In this document: in pieces, positions 1 through 8,629 of the stretch | How the letters are laid out: each line of letters begins with the position of its first letter | Position numbering within the stretch: position 1 is the first letter of the stretch | NCBI GenBank assembly: GCA_964473025.1 | Contig: CAYYMZ010000002.1 | Coordinates: 3,241-67,240 of the forward strand | Source of the DNA: an uncultured Candidatus Saccharibacteria bacterium | GTDB lineage: Bacteria; Patescibacteriota; UBA1384; DTJR01 | Direction of reading: 5' to 3' | DNA length: 64,000 nucleotides | The notes under the pieces: generated by a model | What the model saw: the letters and a program-made list of their open reading frames with translations, nothing else | What the model was told of the DNA's origin: nothing | The model's database searches: none | Position numbers and translations under genes: made by a program

Positions 1-222
1 AGACCAATTTTTTAAATTAACGACTTGGTCTGAATTATTATAAAGTTCCAACCATTCGTCCGCGGTAGATACCGATGATCCTCGCCACATAATTTCGTTA
101 ATAAAAATTCCTTGGTTATTGCTTTCGGCATGTGATTTATCAGGAGCCAAAAACAATATACCCAATAAAACAATAATAAATATTTGGAGATATACCCAAA
201 CTTTCACTTCCCCCTCCCAAAG

Positions 223-1234
223 TTATTTCCGCCCGTCTTCCCCGCCTGCATCAGCTGGGCTGGAAGGTTCTTTCTCTTCCTCGATCGGAGTCAACCCCTC
301 ATCTGCCTCCTGTTCTTTTTCGGCAATCTGGTTTAAATCAGGCACGACATTGGACCCAGATTTGTCATCTATTTTTTCCGTTACTTCTTGATCGTTAATA
401 TGCGGACCGTAATCATTAGTTCCCCTGACCTCTCCCTCCGAATCGCGAACGCGTGGCCCAAAGGTCGCCACCATTTGATCATTATGTCTCCACCACCAAC
501 GATCCAATTTTTCACGAAAAGTTTTAGCCACGTTAATAACCTGTTTGTAATTTTGTGTTTTTTGGCGAAGATTTTTTTCAACATTCATTATCGGTAAACA
601 GCGGCCGGCCCTCGCGATGTAATGCCCATTGATTGAACCGATTGTTTCCAAATCGGGAAATCTGTTTTGACAAGAAACGCCGTCTTTTGCCTGACGGGTC
701 AAGCTGTTAATAATTTCGACTGCAAGTTGAGGACGCCAAACTCTTTCGATACCGAAATATGCCACCTTTCCAGCGGTTTGGATTTGGATATCCCCCCACG
801 TTAAAAAAAGTATCTAAAAAGCCAGTTGTCATTGATGAAATATCTTCGATCTGACTAAAATCAAGTTCATTAAATTCTCTGTTGAACAATCCTTTTTGTT
901 GGATTTCTATAACCCGTTCATTGGTCACGACAAAAAGATAAAAATAAAAACTGACCCAACTACTGATAAAGACACCTGCCAAAATTAGATAATAAGCAAT
1001 AAATATCAGAATAATGATATCCCTAGTTAATACTGTGCCTGTTTGAAGAAGCCTTACTGCAGGTTCTACTCCAATTAGAGCTGTCCCAATAGGTATAATG
1101 ATTAATGCACCTAAAATCAGAGCGAAGGGGAGGTAGTCAATAAAATGCTTACGACAAAGGACAAAAATTACCTCGTCGTTTCGCTGGTTAGGAATGACGG
1201 GCTGGGGTACTTCGGTAAATCTTAGTGATGGCAT
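223..1234 (-). pseudogene. bPH_2 (YdbT-like, bacterial PH domain) membrane protein; reading frame split into two ORFs (707..1234 and 223..765) by a 1-nt indel in a C6 homopolymer at ~792-797
   Basis: ORF 707..1234 has two TM helices plus the bPH_2 pattern '...VVTNERVIEIQQKG...FFNVGG' then junk. The -1 frame continues 'GGDIQIQTAGKVAYFGIERVWRPQL...', which is the expected continuation of the bPH_2 motif (GDIQIQTAG). The frames meet at 'tccccccacg'. Confidence 0.55.
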
Positions 1235-1240
1235 AATATT

Positions 1241-1438
1241 TTATAAAATATGATTAAGGATAAGCAATATAAGTGACAAGGCAATTACAGCTAGAGTTAT
1301 CATTGAATAGATTAGAAAAACACGCTTCGAGGCATCGCCGACAAAAGCATATCTCCGAATGTGATAATAAAATAAAGCCGATAGGCCAGCGCAGATTAAA
1401 ACCAGAATAACAAAGATGATAAAAATTAATGCTGTCAT
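1241..1438 (-). CDS. small hydrophobic membrane protein (two predicted TM helices), unknown function
   Basis: 65-aa ORF, almost entirely hydrophobic. Its stop overlaps the ruvB end. Confidence 0.35.
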   Translation of the reverse strand: MTALIFIIFVILVLICAGLSALFYYHIRRYAFVGDASKRVFLIYSMITLAVIALSLILLILNHIL

Positions 1439-2451
1439 GTTATGCCTAGTTTGACATTACTAGTTTTTTTGCCAAAATATTCCCATGCTAAATCCGTTGC
1501 AACTCGACCTTTTGGGGTTCTTTTAATAAAACCCGATTGCATTAGATAAGGTTCCACTATATCTTCGATGGTCTTTTTGTCAATAGAGGTAGCGGCACAA
1601 AGTGTCTCGATTCCAACCGGGCCCCCATTGAATTTATTAACTATTGCTTTTAACACTTTCCGGTCCGCATCATCCATGCCAAGCGAGTCAACTCCGATTT
1701 TATCAAGCGAGCTTATAGCCAACGCCTCATCAATTACATCCTTGTTATAAACCGTTGCAAAATCCCGCACCCGGCGCAATAAACGGTTTGCAATTCTTGG
1801 AGTTTTGCGTGAGCGCGAAGCAATAACCTTTAGACCTTTTTGGTCGGCTTTGATGTTCATGAGTCGGGATGATCTTGTGACAATACGGCCTATTTCCTCA
1901 TCTTCGTAAAAATCAAGCGAGTGGACAATACCAAACCTGTCGCGCATCGGTGATGAAATTAAACTCGCCTGTGTTGTTGCGCCAATTAGTGTGAAACGCG
2001 GCAAGTCAACGCGCAAGATTTTGGCTGAGGGACCTTTGCCGATCACAAGATCAACTGCAAAATCCTCCATGGCCGGATATAGAACTTCTTCGACAACTTT
2101 ATTTAAACGGTGAATTTCATCAATAAAAATAATATCTGAATCTTCGAGGTTAGTTAAAATCGCGATTAAATCACCGGGACGCTCAATCGCCGGTCCGGAA
2201 GTTATTTTAATATTCGCTTCAATTTCGTGTGCCAAAACGAACGCCAGCGTTGTTTTGCCTAACCCCGGCGGACCGTAAATCAAAATGTGCTCTAACGGCT
2301 CTTTGCGTATTTTTGCCGCTTCAATACAAACCCCCAAACTATCCTTTACTTTTTCTTGACCAATATAATCCCGTAGCGTTTTAGGCCTTAAGGTCCTATC
2401 TAAAAATTCCTCATCTTCGTTTTGTGAGGAGATAATGTTTTCTTCGTTCAC
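1435..2451 (-). CDS. ruvB: Holliday junction branch-migration ATPase RuvB
   Basis: Walker A 'GPPGLGKTTLA', 'IFIDEIHRL', and a RuvB-type C-terminal winged helix. 338 aa. Confidence 0.95.
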   Translation of the reverse strand: MNEENIISSQNEDEEFLDRTLRPKTLRDYIGQEKVKDSLGVCIEAAKIRKEPLEHILIYGPPGLGKTTLAFVLAHEIEANIKITSGPAIERPGDLIAILTNLEDSDIIFIDEIHRLNKVVEEVLYPAMEDFAVDLVIGKGPSAKILRVDLPRFTLIGATTQASLISSPMRDRFGIVHSLDFYEDEEIGRIVTRSSRLMNIKADQKGLKVIASRSRKTPRIANRLLRRVRDFATVYNKDVIDEALAISSLDKIGVDSLGMDDADRKVLKAIVNKFNGGPVGIETLCAATSIDKKTIEDIVEPYLMQSGFIKRTPKGRVATDLAWEYFGKKTSNVKLGIT

Positions 2452-2526
2452 GAGCTTATTATAGGCAATCGCAAAAGTGATTGCAATTTTAAAACACAGG
2501 TTATTAGTTTCAAAAGAACCGCTGGT

Positions 2527-3696
2527 TTAATAGATGTAGCTATAGCTACCGTAATCTCCCGGGCTCACGTTGCGCCGATAGGAATATGCATATCTTATCC
2601 AGTTATATTCTGAAATATCAATCGTCCCGTCGCCATTTATAGCTTCGACAGCAGCGACGTGTCCCCAGCCAGAGGTTAGGGGCCCTGCCCCCCAAGAAAT
2701 AACCGCTCCGACACGCGGGGAGCCCGAAACCGTTAACCCTTGATCTCTTGCCAGGTTAGCCCAATTATAGGCACTGCCAGAGCCGGGACGCGTATTCACA
2801 AAGCGGGTGCCTCTAACTACGTTTAAATACCAAGCGGCATAGGAGGTACATTCACGGGTTAAAAAGCCCCATGCGTCGGGTTCGTCAATTGATGAATACG
2901 GATACCCAGATCCTCCCCCGCCCAAGGTCTCTCTGCCGCCGCTGAGGCGAGCCTGTCTTTCGGCATATATTTGCGCCGAAATCTGAGTAATCTCAGATTT
3001 TAACTTCGTTGCCTGTACATCATAAGCAGCTTTCTGCTCAACAGTCATACCCAATAATTTATTTTTCTGGGTCATCTGATATTGGGAGCTACTCTGATAA
3101 TCCTCTTGTTGTTTTTTGAGCTGATCAAGCTCTGCTTTTTGGGCTTCTTGGTCAGATTTCTGTTTTTCAAGATCGGTCTTGGCAGAATCCACTTGAGAAA
3201 AAATATGTGTTACTTGCATCTGAACAGCCGCAACGTAATCCTGCTCGTTGGCTGTTTCGGACAGCTTGTCGCTTAATAGCAAACTTTCCAGCTGCGACCT
3301 TGAGGAAAATCGATAAAGCTCGACTATCAGGCCATTTAGTTTCTTCTTTAATTCGGCAAGATCTTTCTTCTTAACGTCTATATCGGAAGATAGTTTATCA
3401 ATGCTAGATTGGACTTCTTGAATTTTTGTACCTGTTTGCTGAATTTTACTTTCGGTTGACTTGATATCGGAGTCCAAATTGCTAACCTGAGTAGTAATAT
3501 TTTTTGCCTCAGCCGCTTTATTTTGAGAGGCATTTTGAGCACTATTTAACTGCTCCTGCTTGTTTTGAAGGTCGCTTTCCAGCGAGGCAAGAGTAAGCAT
3601 AGGAAAAGCAACAATTAAAACACCCGACAACGCGCGACCAAGAAATAAAACCTGTTTCGTCCTCCTTGGTTTCATAGTAGTGACATTATAGCACAT
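2527..3696 (-). CDS. secreted coiled-coil + C-terminal CHAP-domain peptidoglycan hydrolase (PcsB-like)
   Basis: N-terminal signal/TM, then a long Q/K/E-rich coiled coil. The C-terminus has CHAP-like 'ECTSYAAWY...GWGHVAAVE...'. It lies immediately downstream of ftsE-ftsX. Confidence 0.75.
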   Translation of the reverse strand: MCYNVTTMKPRRTKQVLFLGRALSGVLIVAFPMLTLASLESDLQNKQEQLNSAQNASQNKAAEAKNITTQVSNLDSDIKSTESKIQQTGTKIQEVQSSIDKLSSDIDVKKKDLAELKKKLNGLIVELYRFSSRSQLESLLLSDKLSETANEQDYVAAVQMQVTHIFSQVDSAKTDLEKQKSDQEAQKAELDQLKKQQEDYQSSSQYQMTQKNKLLGMTVEQKAAYDVQATKLKSEITQISAQIYAERQARLSGGRETLGGGGSGYPYSSIDEPDAWGFLTRECTSYAAWYLNVVRGTRFVNTRPGSGSAYNWANLARDQGLTVSGSPRVGAVISWGAGPLTSGWGHVAAVEAINGDGTIDISEYNWIRYAYSYRRNVSPGDYGSYSYIY

Positions 3697-3776
3697 TTCA
3701 GTGAAAGGGGGAAGGTTACCCGTCTCGGCCGAGACACGACCCGAGGTCGGAAAAGTGAAAAATCAATATTTAAACA

Positions 3777-4688
3777 TCAAAGCTTGACGTTTTTTCTGAT
3801 CGAAATATATGTCGAACCGACGCCGATTACAGTACCAACAATAAATCCAATCAAAACAATAAACCAAAACTCGCTGTAATATATCGGAATCACCTTTTGA
3901 ACAAATTGCCCGAAAACAGTACCAGACGAGATCGAACTTATTACATTGACCCCAGCGTATATAAGAATCGTTTCAATGATTAAGGCAAAAAAGCCGTAGA
4001 GAAATCCCTCAATTAAAAACGGCATTTTGACAAATGAGTCAGATGCTCCTACAAGGCGCATTACTTCAATTTCTTTGGCACGAAACATAACGGCAAGCCG
4101 CGCTGTATTGAAGACAACTAAAATAGAAACGAGGATGAAAAACGCTGATAATATCAGGCCAAACCTTTCGACGAATTTGGTGGCATTGTTAACCGTCTCG
4201 ATCAAGCCCTTGTTATCGTCATAGCTTGAGGAATCAATATAAGGAGCGTAGGCGGGTTTTTTAATCACTTCCGATACGTAATCGTATTCGGAAACATTAA
4301 CTGATTGAATTTGGAGCCCCCGAGGCAGGGGATTATCTTCGGGTGTAACTATTTCTCTTATCTCTTCTTTAATGGATGTTCTCTGCTTAAATTCGTTTAA
4401 GGCGTCTGCTTTTGAAATATATCTGACAGTTTTAATATCGGGTCGGATCATCAAATCGCCCTTGAGCTGTTGAATCAAAGCATCGCTGGCAGAATCCTTG
4501 AAGTTGACTACAATATCAATTTTGTCCTTGAGATCGCTGGCAATTTTGTTGGTTGAGAGTGCTACAACCAGAAAAACACCGACTGTTAGAAGGGCCAGGG
4601 TCATAATCAGGGTAGCGGTTAAAGACAGCCAACCGTTACGGTAAAAATTTGAAAACGCCTGCTTAATAATTCTTTTAACTTGTGTCAT
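3777..4688 (-). CDS. ftsX: cell-division ABC transporter permease FtsX
   Basis: 303 aa with 4 TM helices and a large extracytoplasmic loop. FtsX-like C-terminal TM bundle. Translationally coupled to ftsE. Confidence 0.88.
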   Translation of the reverse strand: MTQVKRIIKQAFSNFYRNGWLSLTATLIMTLALLTVGVFLVVALSTNKIASDLKDKIDIVVNFKDSASDALIQQLKGDLMIRPDIKTVRYISKADALNEFKQRTSIKEEIREIVTPEDNPLPRGLQIQSVNVSEYDYVSEVIKKPAYAPYIDSSSYDDNKGLIETVNNATKFVERFGLILSAFFILVSILVVFNTARLAVMFRAKEIEVMRLVGASDSFVKMPFLIEGFLYGFFALIIETILIYAGVNVISSISSGTVFGQFVQKVIPIYYSEFWFIVLIGFIVGTVIGVGSTYISIRKNVKL

Positions 4689-5389
4689 TAGAATAAATAC
4701 CTTCCTTGTTTTTGATCGGAAACAATTTTACCTTCCTTGATAACTACAACCCTTTTTCTCATTCTATCAACAAGATCTTTGTTGTGCGTAGCCAAAATAA
4801 TTGTTGTTCCTTGACAGTTAATTTTCTCTAAAATGTCGGCAATCTCACGGCTTGCCTCGGGATCTAGATTACCAGTCGGTTCATCTGCAATTAAAATTTT
4901 CGGATTATGAATGAGTGCCCTAGCTATTGAAACGCGTTGTGCCTCACCGCCGGAAAGCTGGGTTGGATAGGCATCTCCCTTGGAACGGAGGTTGACGGCC
5001 TGAAGTACTTTCGGTACTTTGCGCGCAATATCTTCATCACTTGCACCCGATACCTCAAGCGCATAGGCAACGTTTTCCCAGACAGTTTTATTAAGTAAAA
5101 GTTTATAATCCTGAAAAACAATCCCGAGATTGCGCCTGTAATAAGGCAAATCGCGGTAGCTAAATCTTCTGATGTTTCGGCCCGCAACGGTAATTTTTCC
5201 TTTGTCGGCTTTTTCCTCTCTTATTAAAAGGCGGATGAGGGTGGATTTACCCGCACCGGATGGACCTACTAAGATCACAAACTCTCCCGGGAAAATTCTG
5301 AGGTTCGTTCCGTTTAAGGCGTTCACGTCCCCGTAGTATTTGTGAACATCCTTAATTTCGATAATAGGGTTGGGGGTTTTTCCTTCCAA
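4688..5389 (-). CDS. ftsE: cell-division ABC transporter ATPase FtsE
   Basis: Walker A 'GPSGAGKST', ABC signature 'LSGGEAQRVSIARAL', Walker B 'ILIADEPTGNLD'. 233 aa. Confidence 0.92.
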   Translation of the reverse strand: MEGKTPNPIIEIKDVHKYYGDVNALNGTNLRIFPGEFVILVGPSGAGKSTLIRLLIREEKADKGKITVAGRNIRRFSYRDLPYYRRNLGIVFQDYKLLLNKTVWENVAYALEVSGASDEDIARKVPKVLQAVNLRSKGDAYPTQLSGGEAQRVSIARALIHNPKILIADEPTGNLDPEASREIADILEKINCQGTTIILATHNKDLVDRMRKRVVVIKEGKIVSDQKQGRYLF

Positions 5390-5467
5390 TATCCTCCTTT
5401 AACACAATATATCTTAGCAAACGAGAACAAAAAATTCAAAACCACGCAAGGCAAATGTGATTGATTT

Positions 5468-6505
5468 TTACCGTGTTAATTTAATCGTGTTGCTTCCTAC
5501 GAAACTGTATTGATTCTTATCACCTAAAAGTTTATCAATAATCGCTTGTCTTTCCTCACCTCGCATTAACTGCGGTTGGGTATTGACTAATTTGATAGGG
5601 GAAAAGGAAAGCTCCAACGAACTTTTGGTAATTTTTCCGCCGACTAACAACCCCTGCTGGGTTTTTTTGGAGAAAAGTTGGTCAAAAACAAAGTTTCCCA
5701 TCGAATAGACGATTGGTTTACCTTGATAAATTTCCATGTCCTGCACAACGTGAGGGTGACTGCCAAAAACAGCGTCGGCACCGGCATTTATAAATTGATG
5801 GCCGGCGTTTTCTTGCGATTTGGAGTGCTCTACGTTATATTCGTTGCCCCAATGGGGATATACAATTACAAAATTCCCCTTTTCTTTCTCGGAACGGATT
5901 TCTTCGGTGATTGGATTCAAACTCGGATTGGGCAGCAAATTAACACAAACAACGCTGATGGGAATCTCGGATTTAAAGCTCATGATATTTGAATTGCTAT
6001 TATTGTTTTCGCTGCCAGCATAAGAGATTCCCGCCTTATCAAGCGCCTCTTTGGTCGACGAAAACCCGTCTGCTCCAGCATTAAAAGTGTGATTATTTGC
6101 AAGGGATACCCCGTTTACACCGAGGTATTGCAAAACACTGATGGTTTCCGGCGGGAAATTAAAGATAAGACTATCGGTTGAGAAATCATCATCAATCGGA
6201 ACAGGACTTATCGGCCCTTCGAGATTAAATACCGAAACATCTTTGCCCGAGAATATTCCTCGGTCAAAATTATCAAAAATATGTTCTAGCCCTTCGGTTT
6301 TAAAATTATGGTAGACCAGCCGGTCAAGCATTAAATCACCGGTAAATAAAAAAGTTGAGGAACTAATTTGTTCGGGCGTCGCAGTTGGGAACTTTATATT
6401 AGGCAAAATTGAATTACTGTGTTTGACCGGAAAAACAAAAAGCAGATACAAGCTGAGAGCGAGCACCATAAAAATTGCTCCCAGCAGATAAAATATTTTT
6501 TTCAT
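5468..6505 (-). CDS. CapA/PgsA-family metallophosphoesterase (poly-gamma-glutamate capsule synthesis-like)
   Basis: N-terminal TM, then 'FTGDLMLDR', 'HWGNEY', 'GADAVFGSHPHVVQ', which are CapA motifs. Confidence 0.75.
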   Translation of the reverse strand: MKKIFYLLGAIFMVLALSLYLLFVFPVKHSNSILPNIKFPTATPEQISSSTFLFTGDLMLDRLVYHNFKTEGLEHIFDNFDRGIFSGKDVSVFNLEGPISPVPIDDDFSTDSLIFNFPPETISVLQYLGVNGVSLANNHTFNAGADGFSSTKEALDKAGISYAGSENNNSNSNIMSFKSEIPISVVCVNLLPNPSLNPITEEIRSEKEKGNFVIVYPHWGNEYNVEHSKSQENAGHQFINAGADAVFGSHPHVVQDMEIYQGKPIVYSMGNFVFDQLFSKKTQQGLLVGGKITKSSLELSFSPIKLVNTQPQLMRGEERQAIIDKLLGDKNQYSFVGSNTIKLTR

Positions 6506-6523
6506 CCCCTATATTATGACAGT

Positions 6524-8308
6524 TCAATTCGTCTTTAGCCACGAGGAGAGTTCAGTATAGCTTTTACAATTTAGAATATCTTTTTTCTCGCACCATCCAC
6601 GGCGAGCCACAGAAACACCATAAACCATGTTGTCTAGATGACCGATATTATGGGCATCGGTTGAAACCGCGAACTTGATCCCAAATTTCTTTGCTTGTAA
6701 AACTAAGGAATCGGTTAAATCAAGACGTTCTGGAAAAGAGTTAATTTCAAGGGCAACATCTTCCTTGGCACAAACCTCAAAGATTTTTTTCCAGTCCGCC
6801 TCGTATCCTTCGCGTTCATTTATAAGGCGCCCTGTGGGATGACCGATGATGTCAACAAAGGGATTATTTATGGCATTTATTATCCGCTCAGTCATAAGTT
6901 CTTTTGATTGAGAGAAGCTCGAATGTACGGAAGCGGTTACAACGTCAAAGGTTTCCATAATATCATCGTCAAGATCGAGTGTTCCGTCTGGTCTAATATT
7001 AACCTCGCATGAATTTAAAATTTTAATGTTGGGGAATTTTTTCCGGACAGATTCTATTTCTTTCTGCCGCAATCTGAACCTTTCCGAGTTTAAACCTCTG
7101 GCGATACCAAGCGAGATGGTGTGGTCGGAGATTGCGACAAATTCGTAGCCAAGGTCATCTGCTTTTCTTACTAATTGTGCAATAGTATTTGTTCCGTCAG
7201 ACCACGTTGAATGTGTGTGGAGATCGCCATTTATTTCTTTAAGATTTACCAAAGAGGGCAATTCGTGGCGCAAAGCCGCTTCGATTTCGCCCTTGTCCTC
7301 GCGCAGTTCCGGTTCGATAAAGTCCATCTTTAAGGTTTGATAAACCTGCTCTTCCGAAGAACATTTGATTATCGAACCCTTCTTTGCGCCAGAAGTCACC
7401 TTAATTCCGTGTTCCGAAACGGAAAGTCCAATCGTCTGAGCGTAGGAACGCAATGCAACATTGTGCTCTTTGGATCCGGTGAAATGCTGAAGCAGTGATC
7501 CAAATTCCGAGTCGTCCATGATTTCTAAATCAACCTGAAAACCGCCTTTATGAACAGCCGAGCTTTTGGCAGAACCGCGATTTATAATTTGAGAAAAACC
7601 CGGGAAGTCGACAAAATGGGATATGACTTCGTCAGGATCGGACGAGGTGGCAACAATATCAACATCGCCTACGGTATCCTGCCATCGGCGGTAACTGCCA
7701 ACCGGAGTGATATTTTTTGCTTTGTTTGATTTTTCAAGATATTGTACCAATTCCTCGACATAGGGCCTGACTTCTGATAAAAGTTTTCTCGACCCTAGAC
7801 GCTTCGATATTTCGATGCCCCTTAAAATTTTATTGAGCGATTTTTCTTTAAAATATTTAGGACCTTTCTCTTTTAACTTCTTCTTTAAATCCTCGACACC
7901 GGTTGCCTTAAGTTCTTTAAATAATTTAGTTGCCGTTTTCGGGCCAACACCGGGTATGTGTATAAACTCTACTTCGGCCGCAGGCGCTTCTCCCCTTAAA
8001 ACTTCTAATTCGCGGACTTTTCCCGTCTTGATGTATTCGGCAATTTTAGCGGCAATACTCTCGCCGATCCCTGTTATTTTCTGGAGATCTTTTTCTCCGC
8101 CTCGCTCAAAAACTGCATTCAGAGGTTCGCCGTACGACCTGATTGCCTGCGCCGCTCTTTGGTATGCAACGGTCCTAAAACGGTCGGCGTTTTTTAACTC
8201 CAAAAGCTCGGATATTTCTTCGAAAATTCCCGCAATATCTTGATTTGAAACCATCTCAACCTTCCTAGAGAGAGTTATGCCTCTTTCCAACGCACTATAC
8301 CAAGACAA
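6524..8308 (-). CDS. polX: DNA polymerase X family protein with C-terminal PHP phosphoesterase domain (PolX)
   Basis: N-terminal HhH/pol-beta-like region ('GIGESIAAKI', 'GVGPKTATKL'), nucleotidyltransferase 'GSYRRWQDTVGDVDIV'. C-terminal PHP 'DLHTHSTWSDG...DHT'. Confidence 0.85.
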   Translation of the reverse strand: MSWYSALERGITLSRKVEMVSNQDIAGIFEEISELLELKNADRFRTVAYQRAAQAIRSYGEPLNAVFERGGEKDLQKITGIGESIAAKIAEYIKTGKVRELEVLRGEAPAAEVEFIHIPGVGPKTATKLFKELKATGVEDLKKKLKEKGPKYFKEKSLNKILRGIEISKRLGSRKLLSEVRPYVEELVQYLEKSNKAKNITPVGSYRRWQDTVGDVDIVATSSDPDEVISHFVDFPGFSQIINRGSAKSSAVHKGGFQVDLEIMDDSEFGSLLQHFTGSKEHNVALRSYAQTIGLSVSEHGIKVTSGAKKGSIIKCSSEEQVYQTLKMDFIEPELREDKGEIEAALRHELPSLVNLKEINGDLHTHSTWSDGTNTIAQLVRKADDLGYEFVAISDHTISLGIARGLNSERFRLRQKEIESVRKKFPNIKILNSCEVNIRPDGTLDLDDDIMETFDVVTASVHSSFSQSKELMTERIINAINNPFVDIIGHPTGRLINEREGYEADWKKIFEVCAKEDVALEINSFPERLDLTDSLVLQAKKFGIKFAVSTDAHNIGHLDNMVYGVSVARRGWCEKKDILNCKSYTELSSWLKTN

Positions 8309-8628
8309 CTATCTTCTAGCGCTTCCGCTTTATGCTCTTGTCCAGTATAAATAACGTAATCCCCAATCTCAGATAAAACAATGTCTTTGGATTCGTCTGG
8401 AAAGGTTTGTTTCCATCGACCCGATACCAGAATGACAAGAGTACTTACGTCTGGTTTTAGATCTGCCCCCGAAACTTTCTTTAGACCCTTCTTGTGTCTA
8501 GCCCACTTAACCTGCACAACATTGGATTTTCTAAGTGTGCCACCTTCAATATAATCACCTACCACCCACCCCCTTCTGTCAGGGTTCATACTATTTAGCA
8601 CATCAAAATTACCGTTTTCGATACTCAT
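8275..8628 (-). CDS. hypothetical small protein (possibly cupin-like) wedged between secA and polX
   Basis: 136-aa ORF (8275..8685); the internal Met at ~8628 avoids the overlap with the secA 3' end. It fills what would otherwise be a ~320-bp gap. Confidence 0.4.
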   Translation of the reverse strand: MSIENGNFDVLNSMNPDRRGWVVGDYIEGGTLRKSNVVQVKWARHKKGLKKVSGADLKPDVSTLVILVSGRWKQTFPDESKDIVLSEIGDYVIYTGQEHKAEALEDSCLGIVRWKEA

Positions 8629-8629
8629 A

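Noticed and set aside
119-391. Plus-strand 90-aa ORF and other short ORFs antisense to long minus-strand genes (e.g. 1568..1750, 3082..3276, 7815..8243, 9669..10034, 14600..14977, 17215..17476, 18688..19027, 19824..20276, 20908..21159)
   Set aside because: They lie entirely antisense within well-supported housekeeping genes. They have no RBS or conservation signal and low-complexity compositions.
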